A DNA stretch of 64,000 nucleotides from an uncultured Chthonomonadaceae bacterium. GTDB taxonomy: Bacteria > Armatimonadota > Chthonomonadetes > Chthonomonadales > Chthonomonadaceae. Every line of letters starts with the position of its first letter. Positions within the stretch are counted from its first letter, which is position 1. The position numbers and the translations under genes were made by a program. The stretch lies in assembly GCA_963835065.1 (NCBI GenBank), contig CAWIEK010000012.1, positions 25,761 to 89,760 of the forward strand. The letters are read 5' to 3'. Below are positions 1-10,863 of this stretch, piece by piece. The notes under the pieces were generated by a model. The model ran no database searches. It was not told where the DNA came from and saw nothing but the letters and a program-made list of their open reading frames with translations.

Positions 1-1644
1 AAAGAGCAAACGGCAATTATCGGCGCAGTCACGGCCCCGGCGCGCGAAGGAACCTGGCATGCCCGCGCCGAAAAAGGCACTCTGGAAGTGGCGTACCAGC
101 CCGACTTTCAAGCCGTCTTGCGCTCGCCCGCCAACAACAGTCCCGTTGCCGCTTCCGCGCCCCTGCCCGTCGTGGTTGAAGCACGGCAGGCGAATGGCGG
201 CTTGCTGTCCCTGCCCGTATCGCGGATGATTGTGGAATATGAGACTGTTCCGGGCAATGCCAATTCTCTGGTGACGGTAACGCTCCAGCCGGATCAAACG
301 GACAAGGCAGCCACAAACCGTTTTCGCGGCACGATTACGGACAGCGGCGCGATTGGCCCTCATGCGCTGCGGGCGCGCTGCTTTCGCATGGACAATGGCG
401 TCGAAGTCGAGGGCGGGCCGGATTACGGCACGGTGCAGGCAGGCCGTATTCCCGTGTTGAGCGTGGAATCTCCCCCTTCCTCCGCCGCGTTTGCCGTGCC
501 GGGACCGGTTGATGTGAAAGCGCATGTACAAATTGCCGGAAAGCCGATGGAAACGCTTGTGCCCGGCCTGATCCTAACCGCCCGGCTTACACCCGGCGCG
601 GATGCCGCGCCTAAACCCCTGTTGCCGGAAGCCGGCGGGCGTTATGCCGCTTCGTTTGCTCTGAGTCCCACTTCAGCGCCGATTAACGCGAACGTGGAAG
701 TCACGCTTTCCGGTTCTTTCGAGGGCGCGGCGCTTGTGCCGCAAACGATTACGCTGCCCCTGACGATCACGCCGCGCCCGATGGTCACGGTGCATTGGAA
801 AAAGTCTGAACAAACCAATATAGACCCGGATGGAACCCTGACGTATACCGCGCAGGTGACTTCTTCCGCGCCCACAACGCAGACGATTGCGTTCGATGTG
901 CAGGATTGCCCGCAGGCCGTTCTGGAAAACGCCTCCATTGTTGTGCCCGCGCATCAGGCCATGCAGGAAGCGTCCGTGCGGCTGCGCTTTCATCAGGCCG
1001 CGCCCGGAAATTATCATCCGCTCGTGAATACGCGCCTGACGCAAGGGGACGCCGAACTCCGCGCCGACGCGCTGAAACCATTGGCGCACGTCCGCAACTG
1101 GATGGAGCGCAATCGCTGGTGGTTTATTCCTCTCCTGCTGCTGCTGGTCTTTCTGGTTTTGGCGGGACTGGTCACGGGCTATTTGTGGCGGCAGGAACAA
1201 AAGCGACGGCGGCGAATGAAACTGGAGCAGATCAATCGCGTCAGCCTGTATATCACCGGTTCGGCAGACGCCTTTCATCCGCCCTACCTGGATCGGTATC
1301 ACTTTACGGTGGGTGGTCCAAAGGGAACATCCGATGTTTTCCTTTATAATCCCAACCATCCTGACGCGCCGCTGTTTCCCGAAACGGTGCTGAAAGTGGA
1401 AGCCATCTGGCGGCACAGCAAAGCGCTAGTGATCGCGTACCCGGTGGGAATGCTCACCACGCTCCTGGACAGGGAAGGCAAGCGCGTTCCCAAAGACCTT
1501 GCCCTCAAGGATGAAATCAACGACTTCTTCATTGAAATCGGCGGCAAGCGTACGGAAATTCAAGCGCGGCGCGGCATCGCCCGCACCCCGCACACTCCAA
1601 AGGCGGCGCCTGCTTCGCGCCCATCAGATACTACAGAAGAATAG
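1..1644 (+). CDS. 5'-truncated membrane-anchored protein: beta-rich (Ig-like) region, one TM helix, C-terminal possibly FHA-like cytoplasmic domain; first visible gene of the tubulin-like operon
   Basis: Frame 1 is open from base 1 to the stop at 1644. TM segment WWFIPLLLLLVFLVLAGLVTGYLW is followed by a basic stretch (KRRRR). The C-terminal 'FTVGGPKGTSDVFL' resembles a degenerate FHA start. Confidence 0.7.
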   Translation, partial: KEQTAIIGAVTAPAREGTWHARAEKGTLEVAYQPDFQAVLRSPANNSPVAASAPLPVVVEARQANGGLLSLPVSRMIVEYETVPGNANSLVTVTLQPDQTDKAATNRFRGTITDSGAIGPHALRARCFRMDNGVEVEGGPDYGTVQAGRIPVLSVESPPSSAAFAVPGPVDVKAHVQIAGKPMETLVPGLILTARLTPGADAAPKPLLPEAGGRYAASFALSPTSAPINANVEVTLSGSFEGAALVPQTITLPLTITPRPMVTVHWKKSEQTNIDPDGTLTYTAQVTSSAPTTQTIAFDVQDCPQAVLENASIVVPAHQAMQEASVRLRFHQAAPGNYHPLVNTRLTQGDAELRADALKPLAHVRNWMERNRWWFIPLLLLLVFLVLAGLVTGYLWRQEQKRRRRMKLEQINRVSLYITGSADAFHPPYLDRYHFTVGGPKGTSDVFLYNPNHPDAPLFPETVLKVEAIWRHSKALVIAYPVGMLTTLLDREGKRVPKDLALKDEINDFFIEIGGKRTEIQARRGIARTPHTPKAAPASRPSDTTEE

Positions 1645-1679
1645 CAGCCCAATATAGCCGTTTTAAGGAGCCTCTCACT

Positions 1680-4600
1680 ATGGTTGATACGGAAAAAGTA
1701 CAAATCAGCGTTTATCCCACGCTTATTCTGGGCGTTGGCGGAACCGGCTGTAAAATCGCCAAGCGGCTGAAGCGCACCCTTCAAGCCGAAGGCGCGGGCG
1801 CGATGAATATCAAGTTCGCCGGCATTGACACCGATCTGGCCGAGAGCGAAGCCAAAGGCCCCAACGAACTGCCGCTCGACACGTTCATCGGGTTAGGCGG
1901 CCAGCCCGTCCATTTCGACCCGAAAGATAAGACCAACGCGCCCCTGATGTACTGGCTGCCGACCAACGAAAGCGGCAAAATCAAGGGCGGCATCGGCAAT
2001 CTCACCGAGGGGCAGGGCGCGGGCGGGCATCGGCTTGTCGGGCGCTTTGGCTACAACTATTTCGCCCCGGATCAGTTTATGACCTTGCAGCGCTCCATTG
2101 ACGAACTGGTGGCGCTGACCAACAACCCGTTCGAGCATCACACGGGCAATGTCCGCTACATTTACAAACCCGGACTTGTCGTATACATTGTCGGCTCGCT
2201 CGTGGGCGGCACGGGATCGGGCAGTTTCCTGGACGCCATCGCCACCATCCACATGCTGACCGAACACGCCATTACCGACCAGAACCGCTATTTCTTCGGC
2301 ACGTTTCTGCTGCCGTCCGTGTTCGAGTACCGCGCTATCGCGGGGCAGAACACCACGCACAAGGCGACGGCCTATGCCAGCCTGAAAGACCTCGATCTGC
2401 TGATGTCTACGGACGACGCCGAACTGCACAAGTGGATGTTCTTCGGGCGCTCCGAACCCTATCAGGTCAGCAAGCAGTTTCTGAACAACTGCTATCTTGT
2501 CAGCCGCTATTCCGGCAGCGGCGCGTTGATTGAAGAGGCCGACGTTTACGATCTGGTTGCCACGCAGTTGTACGCTTCCATCGGGACGCCGTTCGGCGCG
2601 GACTCCAACGCAGTCGAAAACAATTCGTCCAAAGCAGGCTCCGTGGACGAGCGGGGCGGGCAGTGCAATTACAGCGCGTTCGGTTTGGTAGGCATGGATT
2701 ACTCGCAAAAACTGCTGATAGATTACTGCGCCACGCGGCTGGGCGCGGAAACGGTTTCGCAATTGCTCGGTCCCGGCTTTACCGAAGAGGATGCGCAAGC
2801 GGAGGCAGACCGCTTCCTGCAGGAAGCGCGGCTCACGGCGACGGATGCCGTCAGTTTCGTGCAGGGGGATGTGGGCAGCGCTTACATTCGGCAGGCGGAC
2901 GGATTGGACGATGAAAAGCCCGCCGACCTGCACCGCGAATTGTCGCAGGGGTTCGAGCAGTTCCGCTCCGAAATCAAGCCGGGCGGTTCGCAATACTCCG
3001 CCTTGCAGCAAAACTACAGGGATCACGTTTCCACGCGCCCCGGCGCGGCGCGGCAAACAAAACTGCGGCCCGGTCAAGCCTCTCTGGGCGAAGCGCAGAT
3101 GTGGCAGCACCGCCTGGAAGAGTTTGTGGAAAAAACGGCGCGCGAGCATGGCCTGCGGGCGGGCAAGCGCGTGGTGGAAATTTTGCGGCAGACGCTGGAA
3201 CAAACATTGGCGGAACTGAGCGGCGAAGTGAAGAGTTACAAAGCCAATGCCGGTTCCGCGCTGACCGCCTGCGAAAACGCCCTGTCCGCGCTGCACGGCC
3301 TGACGCCCACCATCGTGATTTTCCGTCGAAACTTTGCGCGGCAGGTGAAAGAGGAAGCGGTTCGGTCACGGAACGGCATGGTGCAAACCCATGTCACGTC
3401 GGGCGCGGCGGAAACGGCGCTGCGCATTTACAGCGACGGCCTGCTGCCCATGCTCCACGAGTACGCCGACCGGTTTTCCCGCCTGATCGAAGCGCTGGAA
3501 ACGGTATACAGCAAATTGCACAAGCGCGAACAGGCGCTGGAACGGGGCAGCGAGGACATCGGCGGCATGGATGGGGCGCTTGACCGTTCGCGCCTGCTCC
3601 ACGACGTTCTGCCTGCCAGCAGCCTGCTTGCCGTGTATGATGGGGAATCCCCACAGCACAGCCAGTTGATCGAAACCCTGCTTGGCGGCAAATCCGCGCT
3701 GCATCTGCTGGACGGGATATTGGAAGACAACAAGGCCGAAGCCCTGCGCGAGCGCATCGTGGGACGCGCCGAAACACGCTTCCAAAACCTCAAGGAGCGG
3801 CATATTCTGGATGTGCTGACGCAGGATGCGGCGGATCAGCCCGCTAAAGAAGCGGCGTTGCTGGAAGCCGTGAGCATGGTGGCGCAGAAACTTCGCCCTC
3901 ACGCCCCGGTTCCCCGCCGTCCAAATGACGTGGGCACGTATGACTACTGCATTGTGATGTATCCGCATCACAACGACAAGAATCTGAGTGATACCTTCGT
4001 CAACATCGCCACGAGAAAAGTACGCGAACAGACGGGCGCAGTCACGCAGGTGATCGAAACCCGCGCAGCCAACAACCGTATCATTATGGTATACATGCAG
4101 CACGGGATTCCACTCAACGCGCAATCGTTTCTGCCGCTTGCGGAGTGGCTGCGCGCTTACGAGTCCCTGCGCAAGCGCGACCCGTATCTGGACGTGGACA
4201 AGCGCTGGACGCGGGTTCCGGGGCCGGGGCAGGCGCGGGGCGGGGGGCGGCGCGAAAAGCTGTTCATGCTCGGCCTTGCGTATGGCCTGATTGCCAAGCA
4301 CGGCGATTTCTTTTACGCCAACTTCAAGCCGTCCCTGGTGCGCTTCGATCCCGATCAGGAATCGTCGCGGGAGCAGTACGAGGTGGATCGCGCCCGCGTA
4401 TTGGAAGCCATTCACAATTGCGCCGACCCGCTGACGTGGTTTTCGCTGCTGACGCAGGGGCCAAGCGCGGTGCAGACGATTCCCGTTTCGCAGGGCGCGA
4501 AATTGGGCGACAAGAAGCGCCATGAGGAGCGGGATCGCATCGGGCAGGGACGGGAAAGCGCCCTGAACTGCTTCGTCAACGACGAGGGCGAAGATTACGC

Positions 4601-4826
4601 GGACGTGGCGGAAGCCATCGCCACCGTGCTGGAAGCATACGCCGCCGAGCGCGGACATGCCGCCATCCGCAAGGAACTGCTGGCGTACCGCGAACAGTTG
4701 GAAACGGAGCGGGAAGCCTCTGCCGATCTCAAAAAGGCGTACCAGCACGAAATCAACCTGCTCAACGATGTGCTGGAAACACTGGAAAAGGAGAACAAAT
4801 TAGGTCTTCTGGAAGAAGTTCTCTAA
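1680..4826 (+). CDS. Tubulin/FtsZ-like domain protein (Tubulin_2 / FtsZl1 type) with long helical/coiled-coil C-terminus
   Basis: Motifs PTLILGVGGTG, IDTD, GAGGHRLVGR and the tubulin signature VGSLVGGTGSG; 1048 aa. Confidence 0.9.
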   Translation: MVDTEKVQISVYPTLILGVGGTGCKIAKRLKRTLQAEGAGAMNIKFAGIDTDLAESEAKGPNELPLDTFIGLGGQPVHFDPKDKTNAPLMYWLPTNESGKIKGGIGNLTEGQGAGGHRLVGRFGYNYFAPDQFMTLQRSIDELVALTNNPFEHHTGNVRYIYKPGLVVYIVGSLVGGTGSGSFLDAIATIHMLTEHAITDQNRYFFGTFLLPSVFEYRAIAGQNTTHKATAYASLKDLDLLMSTDDAELHKWMFFGRSEPYQVSKQFLNNCYLVSRYSGSGALIEEADVYDLVATQLYASIGTPFGADSNAVENNSSKAGSVDERGGQCNYSAFGLVGMDYSQKLLIDYCATRLGAETVSQLLGPGFTEEDAQAEADRFLQEARLTATDAVSFVQGDVGSAYIRQADGLDDEKPADLHRELSQGFEQFRSEIKPGGSQYSALQQNYRDHVSTRPGAARQTKLRPGQASLGEAQMWQHRLEEFVEKTAREHGLRAGKRVVEILRQTLEQTLAELSGEVKSYKANAGSALTACENALSALHGLTPTIVIFRRNFARQVKEEAVRSRNGMVQTHVTSGAAETALRIYSDGLLPMLHEYADRFSRLIEALETVYSKLHKREQALERGSEDIGGMDGALDRSRLLHDVLPASSLLAVYDGESPQHSQLIETLLGGKSALHLLDGILEDNKAEALRERIVGRAETRFQNLKERHILDVLTQDAADQPAKEAALLEAVSMVAQKLRPHAPVPRRPNDVGTYDYCIVMYPHHNDKNLSDTFVNIATRKVREQTGAVTQVIETRAANNRIIMVYMQHGIPLNAQSFLPLAEWLRAYESLRKRDPYLDVDKRWTRVPGPGQARGGGRREKLFMLGLAYGLIAKHGDFFYANFKPSLVRFDPDQESSREQYEVDRARVLEAIHNCADPLTWFSLLTQGPSAVQTIPVSQGAKLGDKKRHEERDRIGQGRESALNCFVNDEGEDYADVAEAIATVLEAYAAERGHAAIRKELLAYREQLETEREASADLKKAYQHEINLLNDVLETLEKENKLGLLEEVL

Positions 4827-4863
4827 TATCTCTTACTGGCAAGCGCAGCCAAACTGGAACTAC

Positions 4864-7730
4864 ATGGCGGTTATCTCTGCACCAAACTCGATTCTGACCG
4901 AACCACCCACGCCCGCCGCGCCCCTGCTGCTGCTGGGGGCGGGCGGGGTTGGCGGGCGCGTGGCGAACCGGGCAAACGAGCATCTGGCGGAAACCGCGCT
5001 GGCGCAGGCGGGGGGCGTGTGCCTGCTTGCGGACGCGGGCAACGCCAACATGTCGGAATGCGGTGCGGGACGCCGTGATGCAGTTGACGCGGCAGCGCAA
5101 TGTGAGCCGCATGGAGCAGGGACATGACCTGCGGCAGCCCCGATTCGAGTGGCTGCGCCTGCACGTCGTTTTCATCGCCGCGCTGGCGGAAAACGAAGCG
5201 GGCCGTTTTCAGGAACTGCTCGGCGCGCTGCTGCGGGTCAAGCATCCGGCTGTGGGCATGGAAATCGTCTGCATTTTGGACGCTTCCCACCCCGACGACG
5301 CCAATGAAGTGTTTCCCAACGCCCTTGCCCTGCTGAACACGCTGGAATCGGAGGGGCGGGACATGATCGCGCGCTGCCGGGAAGATTGGAGCGCGAGTCT
5401 GCGCCTGCGCTTTTACGTCACGCACCCGCACCGGGCGGATGGCAGCCGCCTGGATCATCCGAATCTTCACGCGAAGACAACGAATTCTCACCTGCCCACC
5501 CCTGATCCGTCCAATGGAAATTTAGCCAATTCTGTCCTGCCCGCTTCCAATTTACCTGCTTCTGCCGCTTCTGGCGCGAATTCGCCTGTTTCCAATCTTC
5601 CGAACTCTGCTCTTCCTGCCGCCAATTCGCTTCCTGCCGCTTCCCTGTCGGAAACGGATGAGTTCGAGTCCGCGCTTGCCGCCGCGATTTCGGCCCATGC
5701 GTCTGCAGGCGCGCTGTACGACGGGCTGGCTCCCCTGCCCGGCGCGGATGTGGACGCGCCCCTGTTCGCGCTGCTCGGCTGGTCGGGAGATGTGCTGCCC
5801 CGCAACCGCATGCTGCAGCGCTGCGCGGCATTGCTGGCCGCCGATGTGCTGGAGCGCACCGCGCATCTCGCGTCAAGAAACGACACGGCGGAAAACCTGC
5901 TCACCAACACCGAACCCGAAATCTGGAAAGCGTGGCAGGAGCAGTATCAGGCGCGGCTGCTGGATCGGCGCAAACTGCTGACGGAACTGCTTGCCAACCA
6001 GAGCGGCGTAGAGTTAAGCGTAATACCGCCCCCGCCCTCAGAGCGAAAAAGCGTTTTGCAGCGCCTGACCGCCTCTAATTTCGGCGATACGGCGGAACCT
6101 CCCGCCTCGGATTCAGACTTTGCGGTACGGATGAACCTGCCGGATGCGTCCTGGCGCAAGGCCGATGCCCGCCGCTGGCCGGACGAGATACGCGCTTTGG
6201 ATACGCAGGGCGCGGCGCGGTTCGAGCAAACGCTAACTTCCCTCAACAAATCAGGAAAAGCCGAAACTATCGCCGCCGACATTGTGGCGGAACTCGCCCG
6301 GTGCGCGGATGCCTGCGTTCGGGATCATCTGGGTGGAAGCGCGGCGGCGCGGCAATTGCTGCAGCAGGCGGCGCAGGACGCGGAAGCCAAGGTACGCGCC
6401 GCCAATGAAGTAACATTCGGAGCGCCGCGCCCCACGCCAGATTTGAAGTTGCCTGCCCGCGCCGAACTGACGCAGGCATGGGAGCGCTTTGAACAGGAGT
6501 GCGCGAAACTGCCCGGCTGGCCTGCCGTGATTGCGCGCGGGCTGGGCTTCGGGGCGCTTGTCACCACAGCCGGACTCGCCCTGACCCTGCCGGTCATTCC
6601 TCATCTTGCCGCGTTTTGGACGGTTTTGGGCGGCATGGGCGGAGTGGGATTTCCAGCGTAGCGTATGGGCGGACTTTGGGCAGATTGGCGCGGTTGGGCG
6701 AGTATGTGCGGGAATGTCTGCGCGCCAAGTACGGGCAGGGGCTGTTCGCGTGGGCGCAGGCGGCGGCGGGCACAACCACGCATGAGGGGATTTATCAGGC
6801 GGTTGCCGACATTATTCATTCCAACGAACTGCCCACGCTGGCGCGTTTCGACGATGAGCGGCAGGCGGGCATTGTGGAAGCGCGTCAGGCCAGTCCGTTT
6901 CCCGCCGGGGAAGGCACACTGGATTATCTTGCCGATGCCGACGACGCGGACGCCCTGTACCATCATATTCGCGCTTCCATTACGGACGAGCAATTGGATA
7001 CGGACGCCCGCGCCCTGCTGCAAGCGAAAATCTTTGCCGGTTGGCGGTATCCCACGTTCGACACCATCTTGCCGCGCGTCCGTGACTATGAGCGAACAGC
7101 GCGGCTCGGCGCGTGGGAACGCGCCAACAAAACAGCGGGCGACATCATCCATGAACTGCTGACAGCCCAGGTCACGGAACCGGAAAGCGCGAGGAACTGT
7201 TCCGCGCCTGGGTGACGCGCCGCCTCGATTTGCTGGCCTTGCGCTGCATGATTCTCGCGCTGCGCCCGCCCATGCACCCCGAACGCGACAATGTAGGAGG
7301 AAGATCAGCGCGGAATTCTGCTGTTACGACGCCGCTGTACGACGAGGTGGGCAGCGTGACAACCTCAGTTCGCCTGATCGTGCCCGCCAGTTTCCGGTGG
7401 CATGCGACGGGAGATAAGCCGGGGCTTGCCAACGACGAAGCCAACGTAAACGTCGCGCCTCCCGACTCGGCGGCGGCACAAATCGCGCGCTGGTTCGGCG
7501 GGGGCGGCAACGCGACCCATCTTACCGTCAGCGAACAGGACGAAGCGGCCTGCCTTGTCACGGTTGCGGGACTGACGGCGGAACGGGCGGTGCAGGCGTT
7601 GGGACAGGGCATCGGGGAAGCGCCCGTCGCGCCGCTTGCCGCCCCGGTCACGCCCGCAGACACAAACGGACACGGCTCCAACGGCCATGACAAAGCCGCA
7701 AAGCCTTTGACATTGGAGCGACAGCCATGA
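4864..7730 (+). CDS. Second, degenerate tubulin-like membrane protein, split by ~3 frameshifts (ORFs 4864-5127, 4949-6661, 6499-7215, 7212-7730)
   Basis: N-terminus PLLLLGAGGVGGRVA parallels the upstream PTLILGVGGTGCKIA. LHVVFIAALAENEAG replaces VYIVGSLVGGTGSG. Two TM segments lie near 6530-6660. The ORFs overlap in successive frames. Confidence 0.6.
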
Positions 7731-9191
7731 GCGCCCTGGCCCTGTGCCTGTATCTGACCCTGTTTTATTTTCTGCCGGCTGCGGGCGCTCCGGGGTACCA
7801 GTGGCTGTGGGTTCACGCGCGCGAAAAACTGCCCCGGCTGATGTTTTACCACGACCACGCCCTCGTCTGGAACGGCGCGTTTTATACGACTATGTTGGGG
7901 GCATGGATACTTTGCTATGCGTTGTGCGCGGGGTTTCGATGGCTTGTCCGCCACGATGACGCGCAATGGGAGGGGCTGTTTACGGGCTTTGCGCGAGGGA
8001 CGGGACTGGGATGGCTCAATGCGCTGCTGACCCTGCTGTTTGTGGCGCTGATTGTGTTCTGCGCGTCGAACAATTATCCCTTACACGGCCTGTTGAGCGC
8101 GGGGCTTCCCGTTATCAGCGTCCTGTGCCTGCCCGGCCTGCTGCCCGGAAAACTCCCCAAAAAGAAGCAATCCGCCCGCAAAAACGCCATAAATTCCAAG
8201 CAAACGCCGCAGCCCGCGCCAACGCAAAATTCCACGCAAGTGGCAAGTCCTGCGCCACCAGCGAATTCTGCGCAAGCAACTGCCCCCGCGCAAGCGGTGA
8301 ATGTTACGCCAACCGCTAGTAATGCTCCTGCTTCCAACGCCGCCGTCAGCGCCGGGACTGCTGTTCCGGCTGCTTCGTCAGCGCCGGCTCCTGCCGTGCC
8401 GGAAACTCCCCTGCCGACTTCCGCCGCAGCCCTGGACGCGCCCGATGCCGCAGATGCGTCCGACACTCCACCGCCCATTTCTGCCCATACGCGGGAACTG
8501 AAACCCGACGAACCGCCGCCCATTAACGCGCAGGTCTTACGGGAACGGATTCGGCAGGCCGTATACTTTGCGGGCGCGGCGGAATGGGAGTTTCGGGACC
8601 TTGCCTTCACGCCTGCCGCGCAGCCCGACCCGCGCCTGCCGAATGAGCCGCCTTTGCAGGTGCGCTGCCACATACAGCGCGCCGACTATTTGAACGCGCA
8701 GGCTCGTCCGCGCCCGACAGAGGCCAGCTGGAATGGCGCAAGTGGCGGCGGAAGGCGCAGGTTCCGCGCCTATCCGCTCCGCCGCGCATCAACTTCTGGC
8801 GGACACGCGACAAGAACCGCGTTACCGAGTCCGCAAGGCGCTGGATTTCGCGGCGGGTTTGAACACGGAGCCTGCGCCGGATGGCGTATTGCGCCTGCCC
8901 CTGCAAACGCTGCACGACGGCGCGGGAACCGAACTGGAAAAAGCGCTTCTGGCTGCCGCGCTGCTGCAAGCCGGCGGCTTCCCCACCCGCTTGTGGCGTC
9001 AGCAGCAGGGAACGAACGAGATCATTGGCGTGGCTGTCGGCGGCCTGTACGACCCGGACGGTTATGTTCCCGGCGTGACCCTGCCGGACGCGCAAACAGG
9101 AACCGTCTGGCGATTATGCGCGGGGGCAGGCGCAACGCCGGACGCCGGCCAAACCACGCTGTACCCCTTGCAAACCCCTGTTTCCGCCTAA
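7727..9191 (+). CDS. Multi-TM membrane protein with Pro/Ala linker and C-terminal degenerate transglutaminase-like domain (frameshift near 8730)
   Basis: About 4 N-terminal TM helices and an ATGA overlap with the upstream gene. The continuation ORF 8733-9191 has PLQTLHDGAGTELEKALLAAALLQAGG, like the TGase-like P.ETL.DG.GDCEDKA.L.AALL motif. Confidence 0.6.
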
Positions 9192-9316
9192 TGGTTCGTA
9201 AATTTATAACTTCTCAGAGAGCGCGGCAAACAACGCCCGGCAAGAAGTTCGTACAAGAAGTGGCGCATGTTTGAGACAGGCGTTAGCGATTATGTTGAAG
9301 CGGAACGAGGCAAACT

Positions 9317-10577
9317 GTGAAACACGTATGGATATTTCTAAGCGCGCTGCTCCTGGCGACAGGAAGCCGAATATGGGCGGCGGAAACCGGGCTGCGAGGC
9401 TCGGCGGGCAAGGTGGATATAACGCCTGACAAGCCCGCGTACATTGCCGGATACGAGATGAACCGGCTGAGTACGGGGGTACATGACCGGCTGATGGCGC
9501 GCTGCATGGTTTTGGAATCGGGCGGCGTGAAAATCGCGTTTGTATCGTGCGACGTGATCGGCCTGCCGCGCTACCAGATCGAAAAGATACGGCAGGCGAT
9601 CAAAACCGTCAAGCCCGCGCAGGTCTATATCGCCGCCACGCACACCCATTCCGGCCCGGACACACTCGGACAGTGGGGCCGCGACCTGCAAACCAGTGGC
9701 GTCAATCAAGAGTGGATGGCGAACCTGCGAACGAAAATCGCGTCTTTAGTAGATAACACCGTTGCGCAATGCAAGCCCGTCGCGCTGAAGTTCGCGGCGA
9801 CAACCGAAATGCCGCGCATTTCCAAAAACTCCCGCGTTCCGCAGATTCTGGATACGGAATTGGGCGTGATGCAGATGGTTGGGGCGGCGGACGGCAAGCC
9901 TGTCGCCACGTTCGTCAATTACGCCTGCCACCCGGAAGTGCTGGACACGCGGCAGGTCAGCGCCGATTTCCCGCACTGGCTGTACGAAACGGTCGAAGGC
10001 AAGCGGAGGCGGCGTTTGCCTGTACCTCAACGGGGCGCAGGGCGGCATGATTACGGCGGATTTTGACGAAACAACCGCGCCGAAAGGCCAAAACTGGCAG
10101 GCGGCGGAAACCATCGGCACGAGTTTGGGCAAGCGCGTGTTGGAGATTGTTTCGGGCGCGGAAGCCCTGAACAGCGCTCCCATTACAACCGAACAGCGCG
10201 TGTTTGCGGTTCCATTGGAAAACCCGCGCTTTCAGGCGCTCCTCTCCCTGAACGTGTTTCCCCGCGACATGGTGAAAAACGGCCTGCTGGAAACGGAAGT
10301 GAACCGCATTACGATTGGCCCGGCGGAGTTTCTGACCCTGCCCGGCGAAGTCCTGCCCAACATCGGCCTGTATTTGAAACACGCCATGCGAACGGCAAAC
10401 GGCGGCAAGGACAAACCCAAATTTCTGCTCGGCCTGTGCAGCGACGAATTAGGCTACATCTTAACGCCGGAAGATTATTTCCTGCCGTTGTACAAATACG
10501 AATCAAGCGTATCCGTCGGCCCGCAAATCGAGCCGCTGATGGCGCAAAACTTGCTGTCAATGTTACCGAAGAAGTAA
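9317..10577 (+). CDS. Secreted neutral/alkaline ceramidase-like protein (frameshift near 10005)
   Basis: Signal peptide; VDITP, GVHDRLMAR, ATHTHSGPD, NYACHPE, SADFP; continues in ORF 9879-10577 with YLNGAQGG and LPGE...ELGYI. Confidence 0.8.
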
Positions 10578-10613
10578 GAGGGGAAGAAAAAAAGAAAAGA
10601 AGAAAAGGAGAAG

Positions 10614-10821
10614 AGGAGATAGAAACCGCGAAACACACGAAACACACGAAAAAACAAAAGAGAGAGCAGAAAAGATAAAAACAAAGAGGAAGTATCTTAC
10701 AAGAACCTTGCGAGGTCACTGCTCTCCTTTGCCGCCTTTGCCTCTTTGCGGTTCTTTCTGTTTTTCTTTTTTCGTATCTCCTTTTTCGTTTAGTTCGTGT
10801 GTTTCGCGGTTTCTATCTCCT
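10614..10821. repeat. Intergenic element bounded by a perfect 28-bp inverted repeat, low-complexity interior
   Basis: aggagatagaaaccgcgaaacacacgaa (10614-10641) is the reverse complement of ttcgtgtgtttcgcggtttctatctcct (10794-10821). Confidence 0.9.
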
Positions 10822-10863
10822 TTATTGTAGTGACCGCGCATTGGGGAAGGATGGGGGCAAACG

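Noticed and set aside
1893..4748. Long minus-strand ORFs opposite the tubulin-like gene (likewise 14983-16581, 32312-33541, 35921-37624)
   Set aside because: Antisense shadows of GC-rich genes that have clear motifs on the other strand.
10436..10719. Small ORFs across the purine/pyrimidine tract
   Set aside because: Translations of low-complexity repeat DNA.
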